64,000 bases of DNA from Amoebidium appalachense (Eukaryota; Protista; Ichthyosporea): the NCBI GenBank assembly GCA_963693365.1, contig CAVNZM010000001.1, positions 12,798,161-12,862,160 of the forward strand. Reading direction: 5' to 3'. Shown here piece after piece: positions 19,573 to 36,419 of this stretch. Made by a program: the position numbers and the translations under genes. Positions within the stretch are counted from its first letter, which is position 1, and each line of letters starts with the position of its first letter. The notes beneath the pieces are model-generated. The model searched no databases. It was given only the letters and a program-made list of their open reading frames with translations, and was not told where the DNA came from.

Positions 19573-20137
19573 CTGCCCCCTGTCCCTCAGCACCCCTGCC
19601 TCCCCCCCCCCCCCCTCCCCAGCCCGCCCCCCTCCTCCGCCAGCTCACGTGCCTTGCCCTCTCTTTCCGCCAGTGCTATATGGGTTGAATGCAGGCACAC
19701 GCTGGCTACGCGTTGTGTGTATCTCGCTCACAAGCAAAAGGCAATCACTAATGCTAATACTAAAGCTAATCTAATCCTAACATAATAAAACAGGTGAATG
19801 AAAGCTGACTGCTGCTTGCTTGCGGACCGTTACGGCGGGGGCATGACCGTAAACAACCCTTCGATCCCTTTGCATTTTGGGCCTTGGGGGGCTCTAAACC
19901 CCCCTTTAACTATATAAAGGGGGGCATAAAAACCTTGCTGGGGGCGATTCATTGATTTGCTATATCCGGTCAGAAAGTTACGTCACTGGGGCTCACAGAC
20001 GGACAGATCTCAGAGACGACAAGGCGGCCGGAGACAGCTGAGGGAGACACAGAGACGAGATCTCTAGAGGGACAGACACACAGCCTGGCCGTCAGAAGAC
20101 ACACAGACACAGACACACACAGAGAGAGCAGGGCGCC
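19573..20137. promoter_or_regulatory. Short divergent intergenic region between the PP2C gene and HRD1; TATA-like TATATAAA at 19911-19918
   Basis: Head-to-head ATGs about 565 bp apart; lower GC; no microsatellite tracts. Confidence 0.5.
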
Positions 20138-20469
20138 ATGCAGCCGGGCCACTATGTGCTGCTGAGCGGTGCAGCCACGGGGCTGGTGGTGGCGCACGCG
20201 CTGGCCCAAAAGGAGCAGTTCTACCTGGCCTGCCTGTACCTGGTGGACGACCGCACCTCCGTGCTGGTGCGTGCTCCCCAGCATACGCACAACCGCCTCC
20301 ACACACGTACATGCACACGCACGCACGCATGCACATGCACGCACATGCACGCATGCACATACACAGGTGTACGCATGCTCACACAAGCAAAGGCACATAC
20401 ATGTGCCCATGCGTGCGTGCACATGCATACGCACCTGCACCTGCACAAGCATTCTGCGTCAGCATGAGC

Positions 20470-20500
<31 letters not shown>

Positions 20501-21018
20501 AAGTTACGCACACGCACTCATACGCAGGTGCACGCACACATACCTGAGCGCACACGTTGGCTGGGTGTCGTGCTTGCGGGGGCCGCCTTATCTGTCGATG
20601 CCCATTGTGCAAGTCACACACTTACGCACAAGCACATGCCACGTATGTACATAGGCACCGGGTGCACACACCCAGCACACGTACTCACACACGGTAGCAC
20701 CGTAACCTACAAGCAGACACATACTGAGTCACAGAGGGGTGGGAAGACATGAGAGAATGCAATACGGTGTGCCTAGCTGTCCATGGCAATGTTGTGACCA
20801 GCCGTCAGCACCATATACTACCAATACCGCATGACCACTGCTACACTTCGGAAACCACACATTTTTCATCACAAGCAGCTGCCATGATGTTCGTTGTAGT
20901 GCTTTTTGGGGGTGCACCGAGGGGAGGGGCTGGGGGGGGAGGGGGGGGGGGATATGTGTGCTTGTGCACAGCTGGAGCTGTGTGATATGCCGTTAGATCT
21001 GCGTGTGCGTGGGCACCC

Positions 21019-21062
<44 letters not shown>

Positions 21063-21436
21063 TGAATGGCAAGAGTGGGAGAAGATGGGGGCTAAGGGGG
21101 GCGGTGCAGATTATGTACAATGCAGCGCTGGTGGCCATTGCCTGTGTCTGGACGCTGTGCCGAAAGGCCTTCTTTGGGCCCCTTCGTGCCATCGAGCAGG
21201 AGGTGTGTGTGTGTGTGGTGGCGCTGTGGTGCTAGGGGGGGGAGGGGGGTTGGTGTGGGTGTGTGTGTCTGTGTGTGGTGCGGGAGGGGGGGGGCGGGGG
21301 GGACTGGTGTATGTGTGAGCGGGTGTCTGTGTGTGGTGCCGGGGGGGGGGGGGGGGGGAGGGAGGATTGGTGTGTGTGTGTGTCTGTTTGTGGTGCTGGG
21401 GAGGGAGGGGGAATGGTGTGCGCGCGTGTGTGGGTC

Positions 21437-21491
<55 letters not shown>

Positions 21492-24299
21492 TGCTGACTG
21501 GGGCCACAGGGGGTGTATGCCAAAACGTGGCTGACGGTGGTGGACACGTGCCTGGCCATGTCCATCTTCCGCGATGAGTTTGGCGCCGGGGCCTTCTTTC
21601 AGTTCATAGCCCTGCTGTTCATCAAGTCCTTCCACTGGCTCGCCGCTGAGCGTGTGGACTATGTGTGGCCCCACAGCCCTTGGGGGGGGGTTGCTTGCTG
21701 GGGCGGTGGCTGACAGGGTGTTGGGGGTGGGCAGATGGAGCAGGCACCTGCGCTGGGGCGGCTGTTCCACGTGCGCATGCAGGGGGCATGCACGCTGCTG
21801 CAGCTGACCGACCTGCTGATGATGTGGCAGGCTGCAAACAGTGTGCTGGCCCATGGGCCCTCGGTCAGCATCCTCTTTGGCTTCGAGGTAGGCATGAAGG
21901 GGGGGGGGGGGGGGGGGGGGGGGGGTCAGGGGGAGGGAGGATGTGGGTACTGACAGGGCATGTATTTGTGGTGCAGTATGCGATATTGGCCACGCAGATG
22001 TTTGGCATCACGTGCAAGTACGTGCTGTACTCGGTCGATGCACAGAGGGCCACGGCCATGGAGGACAAGGCCACATACATGGTCTATATCGAGATAGCCA
22101 CTGGTACGCACGAGGTTTTTTTTTTTTTTTTTGGGGGGGGGGGGGGGGAGGGGGGGGGAGGGGGGGAGGGGGGAGGTTAAGCCGGTGGGAGCAGATGCGT
22201 GCCGGCTGGGGCTGTATGCGGCGTTCTTTGGGGTGCTGGCGCACCACTACGGGCTGCCCATCCACATCATGCGGGAGCTCTACATCACGGCCACCACCCT
22301 GCTGGCCCGCATCACGGGCCTGCTGCGCTACTGGCGGGCCACCAGAAACATGAATGAGCGGTAGGCATTGTGGGCCCCATGCAGGGCTGTAGGATGTGGC
22401 ATGGTGCTGACCCTGCTTGCAGCTACCCCCGATGCCACGGCCGAGGAGCTAGCAGCCACGGACGGCATCTGCATCATCTGCAGGGAGGACATGACCGCTG
22501 CTAAGAGGTCGGCACTCCAACCCCCCCCCCTTCCTTCCACCGCTTCTCCTCCCCATCCCCCCTCCCCCTCTTTCCCCAAACACTTGCCCGGCTTTCCTGA
22601 CACTATTCCTCCCCCCCCCCCCCCCCCCCCCGCCCCCCGTCTCCCCCTCTTCTCCTGCCCACTTGCGCGGCTGGGTCAGGCTGGCCTGACACTGCTCCCC
22701 CCCCCCCCCCCCCCCCCTCCCCCCCCCCTCCCCTCCCCCCAGGCTGCCGTGTGGGCACATCTTCCACCTGGCCTGTCTGCGGTCGTGGCTGCAGCGGCAG
22801 CAGACCTGCCCCACATGCCGCATGTCCGTGCTGGTCGACCGTAAGTGGCCCTGGCCGACTCGTTACGTGCTGTGGGCCAGCAGGGGTGTAGCAGGGTGTT
22901 GTTTGCTCGTGGTGGGGCGGTAGAGGGCAGACATGGTCACATGGAGGGGAGAGAGGATGCAGGGTGTCTGTGCTGGGTGGATAGGTCATTGCCCATGGAG
23001 GGGAGAGAGGATGCAGGGTGTCTGTGCTGGGTGGATAGGTCATTGCCCATGGAGGGGAGAGAGGATGCAGGGTGTCTGTGCTGGGTGGGATAGGTCATGC
23101 CCCATGTCCCATGCCGGGGGCTGAAGTTGCATGGCCTACTTGTGGGTGTATTTGAAACTGCCTGGCTGTCCCTCTTCCCCCTCCCTCTCCTGAAAAACAC
23201 ACACACACACAAACACGCACATTAAATTGTATTTGCTGTTGTGTGCCCCATCATAATGTGCTGAGTTCAGATCAAGAAAAAGTACCGTAGATTTATTTGT
23301 TTAGCTCCCCTTGCCATGCTTTATGTGCTAGACCCTTGGACCGTATATTCCTGTTTTGCCTGTGCCTGATCTGTGTACAGCCCCACCCCAGCCACCGTCT
23401 TTGTCTCACCCCCCCCCCCCCCCCCCCCCCCCTCCCCCCCCCCCCCCCCCCCCCTCCCTCCCTAGAGCCTGCCCGGGCCACTGCCGCAGTGCAGCAGCAG
23501 AGAGCCGACCGTCTGGCCCCCCAGCAGCCACCCCCAGTTGCTCAGCCCCCTGCCATGCCCCCTGGCCCTCCCGGCATGCCCCCTTTGCCACCAGGCATTC
23601 CACCTTTACCCCCCGGCATGCCCCCTTTGCCACCAGGCATTCCACCTTTGCCCCCCGGCATGCCACCAACTATGCCTCCCGGCATGCCACCAACTATGCC
23701 ACCCGGCATGCCCCATATGCCGCCTGTGCCCCCCCCTGCACCCGGTATGTGCCCCCCTACTGTGTGGTGTGTGGCTGCATCCTGGGCTGACTGCCTGCCC
23801 CCAGCAGGTCTGCAGCCCCCCCATGTGCCCCCAGTGCCAACAGATGGGCCCAGCCAGCCAGCCCCTGCAGGTGGGCATGCCATCCTTTGCATGCACCTGT
23901 CTGCCCGTGCACACTGACACCACCATGCAGGTCCTGCGGGCCCCAGCCAGTTTGCTCCCACATGGCCCCCCTTCCCCCCGGCTGGCTTCCCGCCATTTGC
24001 CCCCATGCTGCCTCCTTTCCCTGGGCTGGGCCCGGCATATGGTGCAGGTATCTATTATTGGGGGGGTGGCAGGGGGGGGTGCAAGGGCCAGGCAGGGTGC
24101 TGACTTTTTTCTAGGGCCCAGTGTGGATGGGCTCAGTGCAGTTGAGCTGGGCAGGCTGGTGGCTAGCGAGGAGCAGAGGCTTGTGGCCCGGCTACGGCTG
24201 CTGCAGGAGATGGGGGCACACCTGGAGGCCGTGCTGGGCATGCAGGCCACATACAATAGGACATACCTGCAGGGGCAGGAACAGCCGAATGAACAGTAA
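20138..24299 (+). CDS. SYVN1: ERAD E3 ubiquitin ligase HRD1/synoviolin (multi-TM + RING-H2 + Pro-rich tail)
   Basis: Spliced exons give [91 protein letters not shown] and the RING-H2 [36 protein letters not shown], then PPGMPP repeats. Stop TAA at 24297-24299. Confidence 0.93.
22940..23105. repeat. 54-bp intronic tandem repeat, 3 copies
   Basis: ATGGAGGGGAGAGAGGATGCAGGGTGTCTGTGCTGGGTGGATAGGTCATTGCCC at 22941, 22995 and 23049. Confidence 0.9.
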
Positions 24300-24908
24300 A
24301 CGAATGAGGGTTGTGGGTCTCAAGGGCACACATGTGTGGCAGTCCCTAAGTAGCTGTCGGTTCGTGGCTATGTGTGTGTCGCTTGTAGGGCAAATGGCAC
24401 GGTGTGGCTCGTGTGTATGTGTGTGCTGCATGGCCATGTGTGTGTGGCTGTTGTAGACGACCGATGCATACGCAATTAAAATGGTGTGATATGTTATTTG
24501 GCACCGCTGGGTTATTGGCTGACCTTATCGAGTAATTTTTTACTTCAAATGATTGGAGTATTAAACAATTACATCATTAAAATCATAGGGTTAGAAGGTC
24601 ATGGACCGGTCAATTATCGGCACTATAAACGCTGTGTCAGTAATCCCGCAAAGCTTCCTACAATGGGGCGGCCGCGGGTCGTAGTTGTGAAACCAACTCC
24701 CGGGAATTGAGACACCATTTCCATTTGTGTTTCAACTATTATAGCAACTACAGGAAATGGAGTCTAGCTATACAAGAATCGCATATTTATATGTAAGACA
24801 AAGTGCAGTCCTGTGTCTAACAAAATCTTGTTTGGCCTAACTTTACAGCTGAAGTCTTAACCTGGATGAATGTAATTCCTCTATCACACACGTACGACTC
24901 GCCCCACA

Positions 24909-25110
24909 GCTGGGCCTATCAGTAGCCATCTCGCTGCAGGCACGGGCCGTGCTGCTGGACCTATCAATAGCCATCTCGCTGCAGGCACTGGTCGTGCTGC
25001 TGGGCCTATCAGTAGCCATTTTGCTGCAGGCACTGGCCGTGCTGCTGGCCCTATCAGTAGCCATCTTGCTGCAGGCACTGGCCGTGCTGCTGGGCTTATC
25101 AGTAGCCATC
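24909..25110. repeat. 45-bp tandem repeat, about 4.5 copies
   Basis: CTATCAGTAGCCATCTCGCTGCAGGCACTGGCCGTGCTGCTGGGC-like units starting at 24916, 24961, 25006, 25051 and 25096. Confidence 0.88.
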
Positions 25111-25402
25111 GTCACTGTGCATAGCACCATGTAAGTGCCTGTGGCCTTATCAACCGGGCATGCACGCCGATCTAGTGTGATCTGGTATGACGGAGTGTGA
25201 TCTAGTGTGATCGGGGCAAGCAACTGGGGCTGCTCGGCGAGATGGCACAGATGTCGTGGTGGATGTTCATACATGGTGCCTGTGCGTGGCTGAGTGCGTG
25301 CGGGTCTGCCGTGCACTGAAGACATGTGCTGTGTGCCTGCACACTCCTGGAAACTAAGGCCAATGATGGCACAGAATTGTAGAACTTCAGCTCAGGACTA
25401 GG

Positions 25403-26781
25403 TCACTTGGCTTGGGGAGCTCCAGAAGGGGGGGGGGGGGGGGGGGGGGGGGACGGGGCACACCTGTCCTGGTCCGGAAGCTGTGGCCGGTCCATGGCAT
25501 GGGGTGAGAGTTTGCAAGGTGTTAGCGGGGGCCAGGTATGCAGCCAGTACCCTGGGGGGCAGCAGGCACCACACATACCTGCAGGGTTCGCGACTGCAGT
25601 GGGCGCAGGCCAGGCATCCCGCAGGGTGGCCGGCTGCCAAACAGCTCACAGTTGAGGGCCTCGAGCTCCCTGCGGATGAAAAGGATGGTTCGCCTGCTGC
25701 GATACTTGGGCTGGTGCAAAGTCAGTGCATGCACTGGTGCTGCATGTGCATAGCATGTGCATAGCATATACATGCATGTGCATAGCATGTGCATAGCATA
25801 TACATGCATGTGCATAGCATATACATGCATGTGCATAGCATGTGCATAGCATATACATGCATGTGCATAGCATATACATGCATATGCATAGCATATACAT
25901 GCATGTGCATAGCATGTGCATAGCATATACATGCATGCGCATAGCATATACATGCATGTGCATAGCACATACATGCATGCGCATACCATGTGCATAGCAT
26001 ATACATGCATGTGCATAGCATATACATGCATGTGCATAGCATATACATGCATGTGCATCGCATATACATGCATGTGCATGCCATTGACATTCATGTGCAT
26101 GCCGCTGCATATTATTTGCATATCATGTGCATGCACGAGCATATCATGTGCATGCATAGGCCAATCCTGTGCATACATGGCCACGTTGGCATGTGTGTGC
26201 ATACGCAAGCATGGGCATAAAATTTGAATGGGTAAAATTTTCTCTGCAGGGACGGGCATATGGAGCATTTGGTTTGCATGTGTGGGCATAGGGTTTGCAT
26301 GCATGACATGCATATAACTCCCTCTGCATGCATGACATGCACATAACTCCCTCTGCATGCATGACATGCACATAACTCCCTCTGCATGCATGACATGCAT
26401 ATAACTCCCTCTGCATGCATGACATGCATATAACTCCCTCTGCATGCATGACATGCATATAACTCCCTCTGCATGCATGATATGCATATAACTCCCTCTG
26501 CATGCATGACATGCATATAACTCCCTCTGCATGCATGACATACATATAACTCCCTCGGCATGCATGAAATGCATATAACTCCATCTGCATGCATGCCCAC
26601 CATGCCAGTCCCCCCCCCCCCCCCTCCCCCCCCCCCCTCCCCCCCCCCCCCCCCTCCCCTAGTGCGTGCAGCAGCCACACACCCTGTATGTGCGGTCGTA
26701 CTGGCTGGGCCCAAAGGTGCTGCCCACCGCCACCACCTCGCTGAAGGCCACCAGCCGACCCTCCCTGCTGCCACTGGCCCC
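25403..26781 (-). CDS. 3' part of a putative PP1 regulatory subunit with a PHACTR/Bni4/neurabin-type RVxF-YDR module; further upstream exons probably lie at 27300-28460
   Basis: Exon 26781-26683 (GASGSREGRLVAFSEVVAVGSTFGPSQYDRTYR) and exon 25710-25579 (PKYRSRRTILFIRRELEALNCELFG...) join in phase 0 at canonical sites. Probable last exon starts at 25480. Upstream exon structure is unresolved. Confidence 0.6.
25742..26592. repeat. Two adjacent intronic minisatellites: 21-bp unit (25742-26080) and 29-bp unit, about 10 copies (26298-26592)
   Basis: CATGCATGTGCATAGCATATA and CATGCATGACATGCATATAACTCCCTCTG tandem units. Confidence 0.9.
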
Positions 26782-29700
26782 CTGCCTGCATGTGTGCCTG
26801 TGTCTGAGACCACGGTCTGGTGCCCCCTATGGTATTCAACACCATCAAACAATCTACCTGCAAAAGGTGCACGAGTGGCATGTACCTTGCTGGCTTTCTT
26901 CCCTAACCAGACCCCCCTCCCCCCCCCCCCCCCCCCCTTCTCCCCCTACTCCCTTTCTCCTTCTCTCTCTCTCTCCCCTCCCCCGCCTCCCCCTCCCCCC
27001 CCCCCTCCCTCCCCCCCTCCCCCCCCCCCCCCCCCCCACCCCACCCCACCCCCACCACCACCACCACCACCACCACCACCACCACCACCACCACCACCAC
27101 CACCACCACCACCACCACACACCGTGGCACCAAACACACACACACCACCACCACCACCACCACAAAAAAAAAAAAACCAAAAAAAAAAAAACACCCACAC
27201 GTCACCCCATACTGCATGGACATCCTCCGTGCACCGCACCCAATCAGCCCTGCACCCACAAGCGGCCGGGGCGGTGAGGGGTGGGGTGGGGTGGGGGGGG
27301 GGGAGTACGGGACACTGCACGTTTGGGGCCGGTCCAGGCTGGAGGTGTCTGGTGGGCCACCACCACTGCAAAGGCCCTCGGCCGCTCCTCCCTCACCTGC
27401 CCCCATGCTGTCAGCACCCTGTACGTGTGTGCCACCACACACGCATAGTGGCAGTGTTTAGACACAGACACACATGTCTGGGCAGTAAGTTCTACACACA
27501 CACGTATCTTGGCTGCTTGCACGTGCACCCACAAGGACAAAAACACGTGTGTATTTTCGTTTCATGGACTTATGGTATTGGTGCTATGGATAGTGCCCAT
27601 ATTGTTCTGTTGAAGCCGTGTGTGTATGCGGACGTATTGTGTGTGTGGGCACCCACGGTGGAGGAGCTGTGTGCGTGCGCGCGCGTGCGCGTGCGTGTTT
27701 GTGTGTGTGTGTGTGCGCGCGCGCGCGTGTGTGTGTGTGCGCGCGCCTGTCTATGTGCGTGTGATCCTTGTGGGTGCAAGTGTGCACTGTGCCTGTTGCT
27801 TTCTGTTTAGACCGTGCGTTGTCTTATGGGAGGACTTCAGGTCCAGTACCAGGTGCGGTCTGTTGTGTGCCGTCACCGTTTGCTTGTAGGTCGTTGAGCA
27901 GGGTTGTGTCCCTTTCCAGCAGCCAGGCCGTCTGCAGCTGGCCACCTGCCCCGCCCAGGGCCGCCCGCAGTACCCCCGTCCACGTGGGCCCCTTCGTGCC
28001 CTCCGGCTGCACCTGCTCCCTCGCCCTGTCAGCCCCTGAGCCCCCTCCCCTCCCCCCCCTCCCCCCCTCCTCCCCCCCAACTCCCTCCCTCCTCTCTCCC
28101 TTACCCGTGTGGCGCGCAGACGGTCCACGGCCTGACGCCAGCCACTGCCTCTGCGTGGCTTTGTGCCGTCCTCCATGGCACGGTCCACCCCTTTAGCACG
28201 CCATGGGCTGGCCCATAGCGAGCCCTGCAGTGCCGTCCTGGCCTGGCCTGTGGTGGGTGGGTGCGGGCAACAGGGCACGTGCCCGCAGGGTGGCAAGCAC
28301 ACGCAGGGGCCGAGTGGGACGCTGGGTTCCAGGACACAGGCACAGGCCTCTGTGATAGCCCGTGGAGAGTTACAGCAGGTGAAGGCCTGGTACGAGGGTT
28401 GGTTGAAGACGCAGGCCCCCAGGAACCTGAATGGTGTCCCTGGCTATTGGAGCATGTAGGCGCACTAACTGCGTGCCACCAGCACGGGCACTAGCAGGGC
28501 CATGCAATACATGCAAAATGTATGTGTGCTCTCAACGGTTCACCGCCACCCTCCTGCGCTCTGTCAGTCCGTCTCAGCCCGTGAGGAGTCGCACTTCAGT
28601 CGTCGCCACCAGTGCTGGGCCAGTCACACACATCACATATTTCACACCCTGGGTGCATCGCTAACTAACCAATGATATTACAACCTCGCACATTCCACAT
28701 TCTACAATTAGAGATCTCAGAGTCTCGCCAGTGGCCACCACATGTATGTACACACGTGGCCGCCACCGGCACATCACGTGGTCGGCATGCAATTTCAAAC
28801 CATGCCAGCCGGACTGCCACACACCAAAAGTACACTAGGGTGTGCAGCAAATACAAGACGGATGCTTCTCACAAAGCTCTGCCAGTCTGCCTCTGCAGCC
28901 AGCAGGACATGGCCGGCACCACGCGTGGCGTCGGTGGTGTACATGTACATATGCATGTGCGCGTGTGTCGGCGTGTTTTCATCGTGTGACGGTGCGCGTG
29001 TGTGTTCTTGCATGTGCGCGTGTATTTGTGTTGTGTGTGTGTGTGCGTGCGTGCGTGTGTGTATCTGTGTGAGAGAGTTTAAGTGTGTGCGTTTGTGTAT
29101 GCGTGCGTGCGTGTGCGTGCGTGCGTCCATGCAGGTATGCATGTGTGCCGGTGCACGCAGGTCCAGCGGGTAGCTGCTACTATTAACAGGGCAACACACA
29201 TGGCACGGACCTGACATGGAAGTGTTCATATCTGGTGGATGGCAATGCTTTGACTGCCATACGTGGCATTATGCTGCCATGCATGGCACGTGAAGGGTGA
29301 CACTCTGCAAGACGCGTGCATCTAACAATGTGTGTGGTACGCACACACAGTACCCAAGTGCATTTTATTTGCATCGGATCTACCAGCATGGCCTAGAACA
29401 ATTCAACCCCTATCAGGACATGTGCTTATCCGGCACCAAACATACCACATATAAGAATTACTGCACCACACTCCCTCCTCACCCCAACCCACACGACGCT
29501 CCCCACACACTTTCTTTTTCTGTTTTTCTTTAAATTTTTTATTTTTTCTTCTTCTTCTCCTTCTTTTGTCATAGTGGGTTTGTCTGCGCATGCTTTGTCT
29601 CGGCTATCTTGTTTGTAGCTGCTTGATTATTGTGTCTGGTTTTTGGCTCTAGCTCATAAGTTATGGTAGCTGGCATCAACAAAGCGGTGTATTTCCTCTG

Positions 29701-30729
29701 TATATCATGTTTGACATAGTCGATCATGTAGTGTTTCCGGATTGGACGGAGGGAACGGCCAATTGAAGTGCAATGATCCCTTTAACTAGTTATGTATCTA
29801 CTGCTTTAATGTGGCTTGGCTGCGTTTATATTCCACCAGTCTCCCACGTTTTGTACCGGCCACATGATGCGCACGTGCTGATGCCCACACGTCCGGTCCG
29901 GGTGAGGTGACTGGCAGGGGGTTGGGGAGCCCACATGAGGGGGTATGCAGCTCGGTGTTGGTGTGAGGTATTAGGTGTGTGTGACACTACGCACGGTGTT
30001 GAGGATGTCAGGGCATGTGGTCCAAGTGCATGTGCTTAACGGTGACACTGTTCATGTGTGCGTCCGTGCATGTGTGTGTGCATGTGTGTGTGTGTGTGTG
30101 TAAAGCCTATGCATGTTGACAGTGTGTGTTATGGGTGTGTGATAGTGTACACGTGTGTGGACATATGCATGCGTTTCTCTTTGTGTGGCACCGCTAATGT
30201 ATGTGTAGATGCCGATTGTGTGTTTGCTTGTGAAGAGGGGGGGAAGGTCTCATTGCTGTGGTACATGGGAGAGCCTGCATGTGTGTTCTTCATGACACTT
30301 GTGTGCACCCGCACAGGCGCCTGTGTAACTGTGTGCATGTGCTCAGTGTGCGCACACATACCCCTGTGTGCCTGCCTGCCTGCCTGCACATGTGTTTATG
30401 TATGTGACATTGGGTGTATGTATATGTGGGTGAGCATGACATTGTGTGTGCATGTGTGTCTGTGTGTGTGGTGGTGGTGTGTGTGTGTGTGTATGTGGGG
30501 GGAGGGGGGGGGAGGGGGAAAGGGGGGGGGGGGGGGGGAGGGGGGGGAGGGGGGAGGGAGAGAAGGATTTGTATGGTTCAGTGCCTGTGGTATGTCTTCA
30601 TGTGTGTCAAGATATCGATGTGGCCAAGGTTTCAGAGCTCCCACATTTATTTATCGTCTATGTGGGTGCTGGGTCTGTGAGCTCATCAATCTGTCTCTCG
30701 GTTTGGAAACGTCATATTGCATAGCCCAA

Positions 30730-30767
<38 letters not shown>

Positions 30768-31147
30768 TGTGTGCGCGCGCGCGTGCCAAAAGGCTATGCG
30801 TGTGTGTGACAGTGAGCTCACGAGAACATGTGTGCACATGACTTGCGTACATGCACAAATTTGCGTAGAACAATGCACAAAGGGCATGCCAGGTATGTGC
30901 ATGCCATATATGGGCTCTGAATTTCACGTGCCTAGTGCTGTGCTCCGCACGACCATGCACCCTCCATCCTGCCGTCAGATGTGCACACACAACCATGCAT
31001 CCTCGCGTGGCTGGTAGAGTGCAACACCTGCACCATGAAATCACTAATACCCAGGCCACCAACCAAGCAAAGCAAAGCAAGGGGCCAATAGGAGGGCTCA
31101 TGTGCTCTCAGGCCCACCCTCTTTCATACGTGATGCTCTTGATGGCC

Positions 31148-35712
<4,565 letters not shown>

Positions 35713-35726
35713 CGTGCCCCATACCC

Positions 35727-35783
<57 letters not shown>

Positions 35784-36419
35784 CCCTGCCTGCCCGCCTG
35801 CCCGCCTGCCTGCCTGCCCGCCTGCCCGCCTGCCCGCCTGCCCGCCTGCCTTCCTGCCCGCCTGCCTGCCTGTGCGGCCGTCGCAACCAGTATTGCACCT
35901 GGCCTAACTTGCACCGGCCGTAGTACCAGTAAAGAGGCTTTGTCCACCGGACCAACGTTGCACGTCTACTGATTGGCTTCTGAGAATCCAAATGCTTTCT
36001 TCAACTTTATTCGAACTCTGACAGCTGAGATCGGCTGGGATCGGCTGGGATCGGCAAACCAGTTGCCAGTCAATCGCAAAGAGATCGATAAGGATGAAAG
36101 CCTGCACTCACACGGCAGTACTACCCTAAATCTAAGGGCCGATCGTGAGTGCAAGCTAACCGTAAACTGAGTGAGGGCAAAAGGAAGAAGCGGGCTGGGT
36201 ATAAGTGGCGCTGAGTGAGGGAAGACTGATCAAGGCTTCTCTCGGCTGCAGCTTTTATAGCCTGCAGCCAAGATTCAGCGCCAGACCATGATTGGTGGGA
36301 TACATAACAATTATGCTTTCTTGAAAGATAATTGGTGTATTTCCACCCAATCAGGTCATGATTCAAAGAACCAATCGAAATAGTTTCACTATTGATGATT
36401 GGCTTCTGAGAATCCACAT

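Noticed and set aside
24710-24765. Imperfect 13-bp inverted repeat downstream of HRD1
   Set aside because: Short, with a long loop and no TSD; could arise by chance in AT-rich intergenic DNA.
24843-26592. Regular 21-, 29- and 45-bp repeats as a possible CRISPR array or repeat proteins
   Set aside because: Head-to-tail units with no unique spacers, no cas genes and a eukaryotic context; these are minisatellites.
28700-31100. Possible gene between the PP1-regulator and SUDS3-like genes (e.g. 319-aa ORF 30058-31017)
   Set aside because: The ORFs are TG-repeat-derived and I could not build a consistent exon chain; the region may be UTR or intron.
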